IMG/VR virus record: IMGVR_UViG_3300045988_018139
DNA: 45,605 nucleotides
Strand: one strand, 5' to 3'
Source of the DNA: a virus
Part shown: positions 32,976-42,035 of the stretch, one piece after another
How positions within the stretch are numbered: the first letter of the stretch is position 1
How the letters are laid out: each line of letters opens with the position of its first letter
Notes under the pieces: generated by a model
Told to the model about the DNA's origin: nothing
The model's input: only the letters and a program-made list of their open reading frames with translations
The model's database searches: none
Position numbers and translations under genes: made by a program

Positions 32976-34199
32976 TCAAAAACTGAAAAGTTGCGGCCCA
33001 AAGACCTTGTGGACAAAATAGCGCACATCGTCCATGGCGTGGTCATTCTCTTTGATGGGCCGGTCCATGGGGGCCTTTTCGTCCCAGCGGTAGAGCCCAA
33101 ACTCCCGGATGCAGTCCGTGCAGCCGGAGCAGATGAAAATGTCCCCGCTTTGGAGCCGTGTGGCCACATTGCGGATGCCGTCCAGCACGGAGTTGGAGGC
33201 CTTTTCCACATAAAAGCGGCCATGCCGCCGGATGACCTCAATGAAACTGGCCGCTGAGGGGTCCACGATGACCGCCCGGATGGGCAGGTTGCCTGCCAGC
33301 TTTTCCAGCCCTGTGTAGTGCTCCTCATCGGTGCGCTGGCGTCCCTCTTTGCGGCTGTCAAAGTAATATTCCCGGATGCGATACCATTTCCCGGCAGCCC
33401 GGCCCCAGAGGCCCATGCTGGTGGGGTTGATGGTGCCATAGTCCACGGAAATGTAGTAGCGGTCATAAGGCCGGGGCTCATCCGGCACCACATGAAAATC
33501 CTTGTTGAACATGGTATAAATCAGCCCCTCCGCCACCACCCAGAGGCCCCGGATAAAGCGGTCATAAAACACGCCGGAGTATAGGCTCTCATACCTGGCC
33601 TTGACGGCGGCGGAGAGGCTGAGGTTGTCATCCATGGTGAAATGGAGGTGCAGCATGTTCCGCTTGGCGGCCTCCACAATCCATGTGAGATAAAACCAAT
33701 GGGACGGGCCCTCCGGGTTGCAGTTAAACCAGAGCTTGGAGCCCTCCACGCTGCACCGGGCACAGGCCTGCTCCACGAAAGAGCGGGGCATGAGGGCCAC
33801 CTCATCCAGCAGCACGCCCGCCAGGGTGATGCCTTGGATGAGTGAGGCGCTGCTCTCATCCCGCCCGCCGAACAGGTAGAAGTTGTTGGAGCGCCCGGCG
33901 GCGCTCACCACAATCTTGTTTTCGGTGCGGTATTCCCGGAAAGAGAACACCCCGGCCAGCCAGGTGGGCAGGTTGGTGGTCACGTTGCGCCGCAAGCTCT
34001 CAATGGTCTTGCCGCAGAGGGCGAAGTTTTGACCTTGAAAGCGGCACATGGCCCACATGACAAAGCCCACCGTCATGGCCACCGTCTTGCCGGAGCGGAT
34101 GGAGCCGTCACAGATGATGCCGTCATAGTCCCCAAAGCCCGGCCTATTCCACCAGGTCATGGCCAGGTTTTGCCGGGGGCTCAATTTCTGGTATCTCAT
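32976..34199 (-). CDS. terL: Terminase large subunit
   Basis: Walker A motif DGSIRSGKT is present. It has a PBSX/Terminase_3-like layout with a C-terminal nuclease region, and overlaps terS. Confidence 0.9.
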   Translation of the reverse strand: MRYQKLSPRQNLAMTWWNRPGFGDYDGIICDGSIRSGKTVAMTVGFVMWAMCRFQGQNFALCGKTIESLRRNVTTNLPTWLAGVFSFREYRTENKIVVSAAGRSNNFYLFGGRDESSASLIQGITLAGVLLDEVALMPRSFVEQACARCSVEGSKLWFNCNPEGPSHWFYLTWIVEAAKRNMLHLHFTMDDNLSLSAAVKARYESLYSGVFYDRFIRGLWVVAEGLIYTMFNKDFHVVPDEPRPYDRYYISVDYGTINPTSMGLWGRAAGKWYRIREYYFDSRKEGRQRTDEEHYTGLEKLAGNLPIRAVIVDPSAASFIEVIRRHGRFYVEKASNSVLDGIRNVATRLQSGDIFICSGCTDCIREFGLYRWDEKAPMDRPIKENDHAMDDVRYFVHKVFGPQLFSF

Positions 34200-34698
34200 C
34201 CGTGCCTATCTCCTCTCTGGTGCTTTCCTCAATCACCTCAAAGATGTTGTTTTCCTGCTCATTGCCGGAGCCGTTGTTGGCATCAAAGACGCCCAGGTGC
34301 TTGCCCAGCAGCTCCAGAGCCCTCACCTTGTCGTGGAGCTTGATTTCCGTGCCATATTGGCCCTCCTTGATGGAGGCAACGGCCTTTTTCTTTTCCTCCG
34401 GCACCTCATCCGTGGGGGTCAGCCGGACCAGGCCGTTGTGGGTGATGGTTGCAAAGTCGGTGCCGTTGGCAAAGGCGATGGCGGCCAGCTCCTCCAGCAC
34501 CCGCTCCTGGGTGATTTCCAGCTTGCCCCGGAGCTTTTCCTGGCGCTTTTGGATTTCGGCGGAAACGTTATTTTTCGTTATGAGTTGCCGCCCAATGTTC
34601 GGGTCCTTATATCCGGCCCGTCTTGCGGCGGCGGTGGCATTGAGGTCCACCAGGTACTCATCCACAAACCGCTTTTGCTTGTCAGTCAGCTTTGCCAC
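34144..34698 (-). CDS. terS: Terminase small subunit
   Basis: KLTDKQKRFVDEYLVDLNATAAARRAGY is the Terminase_2 signature. The likely start is GTG at 34696-34698. The hydrophobic N-terminal extension of the listed ORF is rejected. Confidence 0.8.
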   Translation of the reverse strand: MAKLTDKQKRFVDEYLVDLNATAAARRAGYKDPNIGRQLITKNNVSAEIQKRQEKLRGKLEITQERVLEELAAIAFANGTDFATITHNGLVRLTPTDEVPEEKKKAVASIKEGQYGTEIKLHDKVRALELLGKHLGVFDANNGSGNEQENNIFEVIEESTREEIGTDEIPEIEPPAKPGHDLVE

Positions 34699-34903
34699 AC
34701 TCACCACCCCAAAACATAGTAAAAGGCCGCCTCCCCCGCACAGGGGAAAGCAGCCCGAAAAAATCATAGGTGAATGGCGGCAGGGGTCTGGTTTTCACTT
34801 CCGTCACCCTGCCGCCACCCTCAAAGGAGGTAATACCATGATGAGGCATACACCCGCAATATCAGTGTAACATAAAGACAGCGGACAAAACGGACAAATT
34901 GCT

Positions 34904-35299
34904 TTAGTTCCGTTCCAGATAGCGTTGCACAGCTTTCCGGCATCCATCCTCAGTGTTACCCCCGCCGACACAAGCGGCCACCTGCCGCCAGGGGAGTCCG
35001 TTGACAAAGCGATAGGTGAAAATCTGCCGGAGGAGGCTGTCATCAATGCCGGAGATGTAGCGCTCCAGGCGGCTCCGCTCATAGAGGCATTGCTGGTGCT
35101 TGGCCTCTATGATGCCCCGCAAATCGGCAATCTCCGCCGCATATTCGCCCACCTTGTCCGTGACGCCGGGGGAGTGAGGCATCCCGGTGAGGACCTGGGC
35201 CCCCGGCAGGGCTTTGGCCTCAAGCTCCTGGAGGCGGCGCTTGTCCATCTCAATCTCCCGGTTTAAGTAATAAAGCTGGGACAGTTCTTTCAAGGTCAT
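34904..35299 (-). CDS. DUF1492/sigma-70 region-4-like late transcriptional regulator
   Basis: The layout KELSQLYYLNREI...MPHSPG...SRLERYISGIDDSLLRQIFTYRFVNGLPWRQVA matches phage DUF1492 regulators, which sit just upstream of terS. The start is ATG at 35299 or GTG at 35320. Confidence 0.65.
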   Translation of the reverse strand: MTLKELSQLYYLNREIEMDKRRLQELEAKALPGAQVLTGMPHSPGVTDKVGEYAAEIADLRGIIEAKHQQCLYERSRLERYISGIDDSLLRQIFTYRFVNGLPWRQVAACVGGGNTEDGCRKAVQRYLERN

Positions 35300-35640
35300 G
35301 CTTTCTTTTCCCCCGTCCACACCGGCTGACAGTTGCCCTCACCCATCATGCACACCTTGGCGCACACCTTGCACGGGTCACCACCGGCCATGACAAAATG
35401 CAGGTCCTTGATGGCCTTGTCCACCATGCGCCGCAGGTCTGCCAGCTCCTCCAGGTCCTCCCGTGCGTAGGAATGAGCCTCAAGGCTGGCGATGTTCGCC
35501 GCCTGGTCCTCAATCTGCCGCTCCAGGGCCTCCATTTTCTGCCGGTCCACCTCCTGCCGGATGGTCAGCCGGGCGTTTTCCCGGATGAGCTCATCACAAT
35601 ACACCTGGTCACCGTTCAAAATCACAGTTGGGTTATTCAT
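35296..35640 (-). CDS. Hypothetical coiled-coil protein with C-terminal Cys cluster
   Basis: An ATGA overlap links it to the SNF2 gene stop. Confidence 0.6.
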   Translation of the reverse strand: MNNPTVILNGDQVYCDELIRENARLTIRQEVDRQKMEALERQIEDQAANIASLEAHSYAREDLEELADLRRMVDKAIKDLHFVMAGGDPCKVCAKVCMMGEGNCQPVWTGEKKA

Positions 35641-37037
35641 GCCACACTCTCCTTTACCTTGCGTATTCTGGCCTTGAGGGCCCGCATGACAGCCTCATGG
35701 GTGTCTGCCCGGTCCCGTATGGTGGCCATGACATCCTCATCCTCACAGCCCTGCACAATGAGATAATGCACAAACACCTTTTCGTAGGGGGAGCCCTGCC
35801 GGTACAGGCGGCAGTTGCCCTGGTCGTTCAGCTCGAAACTCCAGTTTAAGCCATACCATACCACATGGCGGCCACCGGCCTGGAGGTTGAGCCCGTAGGC
35901 GCAAGAGGCCGGATGCACCAGCAGCACATCCACCTCTCCGGCGTTCCAGGCCTCCTCATCCTCCACGCCCTTATACACCCGGACCCGCAGCTTGTCCGCC
36001 CGGCCCCGGTTGTACTTCTCCAGGCGCTCCAGGATGCGGTCCTTGTCGTGCTGGTAGCCGTAGAATGTGAGGCAATGCTCCCCATTGAGTTGCTCCAGCA
36101 GCTCCGTGTAGGCCTCCAGCTTGCCGTCATGCACCGGGACCACCTTGCCGTCATTGCCATACACGGCCCCATTGCAGAATTGCAGCAGCTTGCCCACCAG
36201 GACCCCGGCGGTGCCCGCCGTGATGATGTCCTCATCCACCTCCAGCAGCAGGTCCCGCTCAAACTGGTCATAGGCCTTTTTGGCCTTGGGGTCCAGCATG
36301 ACGGGGATTTCATGCTGGATGAAGTCCGGCAGTTGCAGGTAGTCCTCCGCTTTCATGGAGATGCAGATGTCGGAGATGGCACCCAGCACGGCGCTCTCCG
36401 CTCCGTCCTTGGCCTTGTAGGAAAAAATCTGGGTCCGGCTCCGCTGGTCCGGGTCAAAGTATCTCTCCCGGTAGGCGGAAAGCGTGGGCCCCAGACGGGC
36501 CCCGCCGTCCAGGAGGTACACCTGGGCCCATAAGTCAATCAGCCCCTTGGAGGACGGTGTGCCGGTCAGCAGCACCACTTTCTTAATAAACCGGCGGATG
36601 CGCTTGGCCGCCTTAAACCGCTTGCTCTGGGGGTTTTTGAAACTGGTGCTTTCATCGAAAACCACCATGTCAAACGGCCAGGCCTGCTGGTAGTAGTCCA
36701 CCAGCCACTCAAAGTTTTCACGGTTGATGACATAGACATCCGCCGGAGTGTTGAGGGCCTTGATGCGCTTGCTGGCGCTCCCCAGAACGGTGGACACCCG
36801 GAGATGCTGGAGATGGTCCCACTTAGCTGCCTCCTTGCTCCAGGTGGCCTCCGCCACCTTTTTGGGGGCCACCACCAGGACCTTGGCCACCTGCCAGCGG
36901 AAATATTTGAGGATATTGACCGCAGACAGGGTGATGACCGTTTTGCCCAGCCCTGGCCGGAGAAACAGCCCTACCGTGGGGTCCTCCACCACCCGCTGGA
37001 TGCAGTAGGCCTGGTAGTCATGCGGTATGTACTGCAT
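35637..37037 (-). CDS. SNF2-family DEAD/DEAH helicase
   Basis: Motif I LRPGLGKT and motif II VVFDEST are present, plus a C-terminal helicase domain. The ATG at 37035-37037 lies 9 nt after GGGAGG. Confidence 0.85.
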   Translation of the reverse strand: MQYIPHDYQAYCIQRVVEDPTVGLFLRPGLGKTVITLSAVNILKYFRWQVAKVLVVAPKKVAEATWSKEAAKWDHLQHLRVSTVLGSASKRIKALNTPADVYVINRENFEWLVDYYQQAWPFDMVVFDESTSFKNPQSKRFKAAKRIRRFIKKVVLLTGTPSSKGLIDLWAQVYLLDGGARLGPTLSAYRERYFDPDQRSRTQIFSYKAKDGAESAVLGAISDICISMKAEDYLQLPDFIQHEIPVMLDPKAKKAYDQFERDLLLEVDEDIITAGTAGVLVGKLLQFCNGAVYGNDGKVVPVHDGKLEAYTELLEQLNGEHCLTFYGYQHDKDRILERLEKYNRGRADKLRVRVYKGVEDEEAWNAGEVDVLLVHPASCAYGLNLQAGGRHVVWYGLNWSFELNDQGNCRLYRQGSPYEKVFVHYLIVQGCEDEDVMATIRDRADTHEAVMRALKARIRKVKESVA

Positions 37038-37314
37038 CACCAAAAACCTCCCTCAGAAACTCTTTCACGGCGTCCATCCCATAAAGCACCCGGACATCCG
37101 CCCCCCGTTTCTCCAGCTCACTCCTCTGCCATTTCTGCATCTTGGCCAGCCTCCCAATCTCTGTTTTCAGCTCAACATAGACGGTCTTGCCGGTGGGTGT
37201 TATGACGATGCGGTCAGGGACGCCCGGATTTCCGGGAGAAACAAACTTATAGCACAGGCCGCCGTGCTCTTTCACCTTGCGGACAAGGTAACTCTCAATA
37301 CTGCTTTCCCTCAA
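37018..37314 (-). CDS. VRR-NUC domain nuclease
   Basis: GVPDRIVITPTGKTVYVELKTEIGRLAKMQKWQRSELEKRGADV matches VRR-NUC. The start is probably TTG at 37312-37314, 9 nt after GGAGG. The listed start at 37323 is also TTG. Confidence 0.75.
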   Translation of the reverse strand: MRESSIESYLVRKVKEHGGLCYKFVSPGNPGVPDRIVITPTGKTVYVELKTEIGRLAKMQKWQRSELEKRGADVRVLYGMDAVKEFLREVFGDAVHTA

Positions 37315-37341
37315 TTTCCTCAACCTCCAATCTGAGGGGGT

Positions 37342-37586
37342 GGAACATTTGGAACATTACGCGCGTACATATACGCATACAGGCGGTTTAGAGAGTTTTT
37401 ATACTCTCTATTTCCTCTATTTTTCAATCAATAGAATTAAATGTTCCAATGTTCCACATAGTCAAAAAAGCCAGTGTTTACAAGGGTTTAGCCCGGAACA
37501 TTTAGCGGAACATTTAGCGGAACATGTGCCGGAACATTGAAACGCCGTTTTTAAGATGTTCCGGGCAATGTTCCGCCCAATGTTCC
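37342..37586. repeat. Iteron-like array: 11 copies of GGAACAT in dyad-symmetric blocks (candidate replication origin or regulator binding array)
   Basis: Forward copies start at 37342, 37351, 37495, 37507, 37519 and 37531. Reverse copies (ATGTTCC) start at 37441, 37449, 37556, 37568 and 37580. Two blocks have 12-bp phasing, with units CGGAACATTTAG and AATGTTCCG. An AT-rich core with the hairpin TAGAGAGT-n6-ACTCTCTA (37389-37410) lies between blocks. Confidence 0.85.
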
Positions 37587-37590
37587 GGGG

Positions 37591-39993
37591 TCAAAAGGCC
37601 CTCCGGCGGAGGAAACCACGCTGCTTTCCGCAGTAGCCAAAGCGCATGGAGTTCTTGCTTTTTTCCCAATTCGGGCAAGCCTCAATGATGCTGTTGATTT
37701 CCGCCGTGTCGGAGTAGCGGATGTCCCGCTGCTTGCCGTCCAGGGCCTCGCACCACACTTCCAGGGCACACACCCGGTCCCGGTCCACCAGCTTGACCTC
37801 ACCCTGCACGGCTCCGCCCCAGAACATGCGGCGGCGGTCCAGTGGCCAGCTCTGCCAGTCCTCCGGGACCTGCCGGTCTAAAAAATCCAGGATGACGCCC
37901 TCCCTGGTGCTCACCTCACGGTGCTCCTCCTGCTTTTGCTTGGCGGCGTCCTCCAGCTCCCCTTTGAGGAAAAGGGGCTCCCCGGTCCTCCAGCGGACCA
38001 CGGCCTCCGCCCATAACTGGTCAACCTCCTCCGGCAAATCGGACCACACCTTTTTTGTGGCCGGGGCCACGCCCACGTCCACGGGCCAGAAACGACGGTT
38101 GCCGGTGCGGTCTTGGAGATAGTCAGAGGTGTTGGTGGTCCCGAAGAACACGCAGCACCGGGGCAGCTCTTTGACGTGGCGGCCATAGGCGGCCCGGAAA
38201 CGGTCAGCCCGCAGGGAGAGAAACTGCTTGATGCGGGCAATGTCCGTGCGCCGGAAAGCATCCAGCTCCGCAATTTCCACCAGCCAGACGCCCTGGAGCA
38301 GTTCAGAGGCCTCCTTGCCCTCAAAGGTGCGGATGCTGTCATTGAACCAGCCCCGGCTCATCTTATCCAGCAGGGTGCTTTTGCCCAGGCCTTGCGGCCC
38401 GGAGAGGATGAGCATGGTGTCATATTTGGTGCCGGGGACCATGGCACGGGTCACGGCGGCGGTGAAAGCCTTGCGGGTCACGGCTCTGGTGTAGGGGGTA
38501 TCAGCGGCCCCCAGGTAGTCGATGAAAAGGGTGTCCAGGCGGGGCGTCCCGTCCCAGACAAGGCCCTTGAGATAGTCCTGTATCTCATTGAACGCATGGG
38601 CGGTGGAGTGCAGGGAAAGCGCCCCGTCAATCTTGCCGTTGCCGGTGATGTGGTGGTAGCGCTCCATGTACCAGTAGAGGCCCTGGTTGTCGTTGTCATC
38701 CCAAAAGCGGCGCTCCGTGCGGCTGTCCCAGGGGAGGGCCCCCAGGACCTCACCACGGCCCGCAAATTGGTTGAGGGCAAACTTGCCTTTGAGGAGCGGG
38801 TCATGCTCCAGGATTATCCACACATTATCAATGGTCGATTTGGGGAGCCCCGTCTGGGTATTCACGGCCAGCTTGCCCATCCAGTTGGCTGGGTCCTCAT
38901 CGTTGGTGCCCTCCACACCCTCAAAGTCCTTGACGGCCTCCTGGTAGCGCTCCTGGCTCATCAGGGCGGCCACATCGGCGTCCTGGACGGCCAGCTCACA
39001 CATGGCCTTGTAGGAGGGCAGGCGGTTGGTGGGCGTGCCCGGCTGGGCCTCATCGTCTTTGTCCCCAAAGCGATGGAGGCGGACCATATCAAAGGCATTG
39101 ACCAGGCGGTTGCTGCACGGGTCGGTGGCGTGGTGGCTGTAAAGGAATTTGCCGCTGTCATAGATGACGGCGCCGCCGGTGGTGGAGCCGCCCAGGTAGG
39201 TGTAGCGGCCCGGCATATTGTCCACCGGCTCATAAATGCCGGGGATGAGCTCATCCATGGCCCGGTAGATGTCATAGGTACGGCAGAACGCCCCCACCAC
39301 GCCGGTCTTGGCCTCCGGGTCACCCTGCTTGACGGCCAGCTTTGGCAGGCTCAGAGCGCCCGGCACCTGGGGCCAGGTGGTGCAGTCGGTCCAGTCATCG
39401 TATTTGGCCAGCAGGCCGTTGGCGGAGAGCAGGGGCTTGTCTTTCCACACATAGATGTATTGGCTGTCAGCACAGCAGGATGGCCAATACATGAGCCGGG
39501 ACACCTCAAAGGTGGTGGGGTCACACAGCTCCAGGCCGATGAGCTCCGCCATTTTGCGGGCGATGGGCTCATATTCATCCGCTGTCATGGTGCGGTCCGT
39601 AGGGAGCAGGACACGCAGACGGGGAGCTGCTGGGCTGTGCTTACGGGTGGAATAGATGCAATAGCCGCAGCCCAGGGCCTCCACCCGGCGCAGGACATCC
39701 TCCGTGCCGCCGGAGGGGATGTTGTCCAGGTCCAGGGTGACCACATCACGCCCGGTCACGTTGTTGGCCTTGCGGCGGGGCCCGGACAGTGTGCCGGCCA
39801 TAAAGCCGCCCACGTCCTTGAGGTCATCCTGCTGGGCCTTTTTCATATTCAGATATTCCGCCAGGGTTTCCGTGCCTCTGGCCGGGGCCTGGAGCCGGGC
39901 CCAGAGCTCTGAGATGAGCATGGTCTGGGGCTGCCAGGTCATGGCCCGCCGGTTGCTCCCGGCGGAGATTGTTATTTTGCGGTCATATTGCAT
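37591..39993 (-). CDS. Primase-helicase, VirE (virulence-associated E) family P-loop NTPase with N-terminal primase-like region
   Basis: 800 aa. Walker A ILSGPQGLGKST is present, and the VirE-type C-terminal half contains RFRAAYGRH...FFGTTN. Confidence 0.8.
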   Translation of the reverse strand: MQYDRKITISAGSNRRAMTWQPQTMLISELWARLQAPARGTETLAEYLNMKKAQQDDLKDVGGFMAGTLSGPRRKANNVTGRDVVTLDLDNIPSGGTEDVLRRVEALGCGYCIYSTRKHSPAAPRLRVLLPTDRTMTADEYEPIARKMAELIGLELCDPTTFEVSRLMYWPSCCADSQYIYVWKDKPLLSANGLLAKYDDWTDCTTWPQVPGALSLPKLAVKQGDPEAKTGVVGAFCRTYDIYRAMDELIPGIYEPVDNMPGRYTYLGGSTTGGAVIYDSGKFLYSHHATDPCSNRLVNAFDMVRLHRFGDKDDEAQPGTPTNRLPSYKAMCELAVQDADVAALMSQERYQEAVKDFEGVEGTNDEDPANWMGKLAVNTQTGLPKSTIDNVWIILEHDPLLKGKFALNQFAGRGEVLGALPWDSRTERRFWDDNDNQGLYWYMERYHHITGNGKIDGALSLHSTAHAFNEIQDYLKGLVWDGTPRLDTLFIDYLGAADTPYTRAVTRKAFTAAVTRAMVPGTKYDTMLILSGPQGLGKSTLLDKMSRGWFNDSIRTFEGKEASELLQGVWLVEIAELDAFRRTDIARIKQFLSLRADRFRAAYGRHVKELPRCCVFFGTTNTSDYLQDRTGNRRFWPVDVGVAPATKKVWSDLPEEVDQLWAEAVVRWRTGEPLFLKGELEDAAKQKQEEHREVSTREGVILDFLDRQVPEDWQSWPLDRRRMFWGGAVQGEVKLVDRDRVCALEVWCEALDGKQRDIRYSDTAEINSIIEACPNWEKSKNSMRFGYCGKQRGFLRRRAF

Positions 39994-40328
39994 GGGGCGG
40001 CACCTCTTACTCTGGTTTTTCTCGTTCCGGGGGTCAATCGGTCCAGCCAGCGCCGGAGCTTTTCCGCCTCCACGGCGGTGGTGTTATCTCCGCCCATGGC
40101 GACATCCAGGACCTTGAGGCACAGGCGGACATCTCCCAGCTCCTCATGCAGATGCTCCGCCGCTTGGGCGTGTGTCATCGGCGTGGGATTTTCTCCCCGG
40201 AGCTTTCTGGCCATTTTGAGCGCCGCCTGGGTCAGTTCAGCCAGCTCCTCGGCGCATTGCTCCAGCACGGCGGGCAGGCCGATGGCCTCAATGACCTGGC
40301 ACAGCTCCGCATTGTCAGCCGTTTTCAT
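39972..40328 (-). CDS. MazG-like nucleotide pyrophosphohydrolase-fold protein (tentative)
   Basis: The pattern EQCAEELAELTQAALKMARKLRG...HLHEELGDVRLCLKVL resembles MazG-type EExxE/helical motifs. Confidence 0.5.
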   Translation of the reverse strand: MKTADNAELCQVIEAIGLPAVLEQCAEELAELTQAALKMARKLRGENPTPMTHAQAAEHLHEELGDVRLCLKVLDVAMGGDNTTAVEAEKLRRWLDRLTPGTRKTRVRGAAPCNMTAK

Positions 40329-40534
40329 CTAAAACACCTCCCGGTCTTTTTGTCCTTGATTTCAATGCGGGCCAGCAGCTCAAAGCCACTTTCCGCAATG
40401 ATAAACTTGAGCACCTTGATGAGAAAATTGACCTTTCCCTCCAGGGCGGCGTCCTCCTGCATGATAGGCCGCAGGGCGTTGTATGCGGTGGGGTCAGGGT
40501 AGCCCTCACCGTTTTCCCAGGGTTTAGGGGTCAT
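40325..40534 (-). CDS. Hypothetical protein (69 aa)
   Basis: GGAGG RBS is present. The ATG at 40532-40534 overlaps the upstream stop region. Confidence 0.5.
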   Translation of the reverse strand: MTPKPWENGEGYPDPTAYNALRPIMQEDAALEGKVNFLIKVLKFIIAESGFELLARIEIKDKKTGRCFR

Positions 40535-40913
40535 CTCGCAGCACCTCCTCTTGCCATTTTTCAACGTCAATGCCTTTTTCCTTGAGCTTGTAGCGCTCCG
40601 GGTAGAGGTCATCCATCTGGTAATACTCCCTCATCCGGCGGTGTTCCCTGGCCATTGCCAGGTAGAAGTCATGGAGCCGCTTTTCCCTCCAGCCGTAGTG
40701 CTGGAATAGGGTCCAGAGCACCATGGTGTCCAGGTCAAGGGAAAAGCGGGCATCCGCCTCAAGGCATTGTTGGTTTATTTCGTGCATCATGGCGCTCTCC
40801 ATGGCCGGGGTCATAATGCCCCGGCCCAGGTCGGAGAGCTTAATGTTGATGCTGGGGTCCTTGGGCACCTGGACGCCCTGCTTTTGCAGCTTGCGCCGCT
40901 CCCGCCTATTCAT
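40524..40913 (-). CDS. Hypothetical protein (129 aa)
   Basis: The ATG at 40911-40913 (MNRRERRKLQK...) overlaps the upstream stop. Confidence 0.55.
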   Translation of the reverse strand: MNRRERRKLQKQGVQVPKDPSINIKLSDLGRGIMTPAMESAMMHEINQQCLEADARFSLDLDTMVLWTLFQHYGWREKRLHDFYLAMAREHRRMREYYQMDDLYPERYKLKEKGIDVEKWQEEVLRDDP

Positions 40914-41106
40914 GGCGGGCCTCACGGCGGCACTGGAGGAAATGCTCAGTGGGCTCCCAATCCTCCATGACAAAGACAGTTTCCTCCGGCCCCAGGCCGT
41001 GGAGGTCACACACAAAGTCACCCTCACCCAGATACATGCAATGGTCACACATGTTGGGGTCACAGGTCTTGGGCATCGGGCGGCGGCGTTTCTTGTTCTT
41101 AGACAT
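40906..41106 (-). CDS. Small Cys-rich protein (66 aa)
   Basis: AAGGAGG RBS is present. The translation is MSKNKKRRRPMPKTCDPNMCDHCMYLGEGDFVCDL... Confidence 0.55.
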   Translation of the reverse strand: MSKNKKRRRPMPKTCDPNMCDHCMYLGEGDFVCDLHGLGPEETVFVMEDWEPTEHFLQCRREARHE

Positions 41107-41410
41107 TGCTGTCCTCCTTGGTGGCAATCTCACCTGCACAGGCCGCATAACCGGCCAGGTCCACAAAGCTGTCCGGGCTGGAGCCGGTGGCAATCCGGGC
41201 CACCTTGAGCAGCCCCATCATGGCGGCCACGTCTTTGGCGGTGATGTGGTTGACGGCCATGACCTTGGCCAGCTCCTGGTGGGCCGCTCGGAGGTAGACA
41301 CCCCACAGCAGGCCGATGGTTTCAAAGTTGTTTTCCGGGGTGCCATAGTCCCGCTCACGTTCTCCGCAGACGCAGACACGGGCCGCCTCCAGTATTTCAG
41401 CTCTTTTCAT
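41099..41410 (-). CDS. Conserved phage protein resembling the DUF6378 family
   Basis: GERERDYGTPENNF...ITAKDVAAMMGLLKVARIATG...DSFVDLAGYAAC is the pattern I associate with DUF6378 proteins found near nucleotide-metabolism genes. GGAGG lies 6 nt before the ATG at 41408-41410. Confidence 0.5.
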   Translation of the reverse strand: MKRAEILEAARVCVCGERERDYGTPENNFETIGLLWGVYLRAAHQELAKVMAVNHITAKDVAAMMGLLKVARIATGSSPDSFVDLAGYAACAGEIATKEDSNV

Positions 41411-42035
41411 GGGGCACCTCCAGGTTATCAAACACCACGGGGACAAGCTCCTGCATCCGGTGGAGCAGCGGGACGGCCAGCTCTCTCATCTGGGGATGAG
41501 CCGCCGGAGCCGTGCGGAGTTTGAAGAAATGCCGCCATTCCCGGAGGTTGGCGGTCATCACCACCTCCGTCTTGAGGCTGTTGGGCAGCACAGACCGGGC
41601 CTCCTGGGGCGTGCAGCCAAAGGTGAGCATATCAAAATAGGCATCCTCAGCGCAGCGGCAGGCGTCCCTCCAGATGTCCCAGCCCGGCGTCCCCTCCACT
41701 AAAAAGATGGGCTTGATGACGGTGATTTCCCGGTCAAAGCCGTCTTTGGAGTAGTTGCAGTAGCGGGTGCTTTCCTGGCAGTATGAGGCCAGACGGTGCC
41801 GGACCAGTTCATGAGACACACCCCGGTCACAGATAAACTTGACGGTGATGTCATAATGCTCCAGCACGGCCTCATGGCCACGTTTGATGATGTTGGCCAC
41901 AAAGGTGGCGGCGCTGGTGTCTGTGATTTTGTTCTCCGACTTGTAGCACACCCGCCCGCACAGCTCAATGTGTTTGAGGATGGCCTGGCCGTCCAGCGGG
42001 GTGAGAATTTCAAAGCTGGGAGAGATGATTTTCAT
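41397..42035 (-). CDS. thyX: Flavin-dependent thymidylate synthase ThyX
   Basis: The ThyX motif RHRLASYCQESTRY (RHRxxSxxxxSxR) is present and the length is typical. An ATGA overlap links it to the MTase gene. Confidence 0.85.
   Translation of the reverse strand: MKIISPSFEILTPLDGQAILKHIELCGRVCYKSENKITDTSAATFVANIIKRGHEAVLEHYDITVKFICDRGVSHELVRHRLASYCQESTRYCNYSKDGFDREITVIKPIFLVEGTPGWDIWRDACRCAEDAYFDMLTFGCTPQEARSVLPNSLKTEVVMTANLREWRHFFKLRTAPAAHPQMRELAVPLLHRMQELVPVVFDNLEVPHEKS

Noticed and set aside
34838-34870. Plus-strand mini-ORF MMRHTPAISV with an apparently perfect RBS (AAAGGAGGTAATACCATG)
   Set aside because: It is only 10 codons, it sits in a minus-strand regulatory gap, and no promoter or terminator context is seen. 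It is kept in mind only as part of the structured terS-upstream region.
37342-37586. GGAACAT repeat array as a CRISPR array
   Set aside because: The repeat unit is only 7-9 nt with a 12-bp period and occurs in both orientations. There are no spacers of 25-40 nt and no cas genes.
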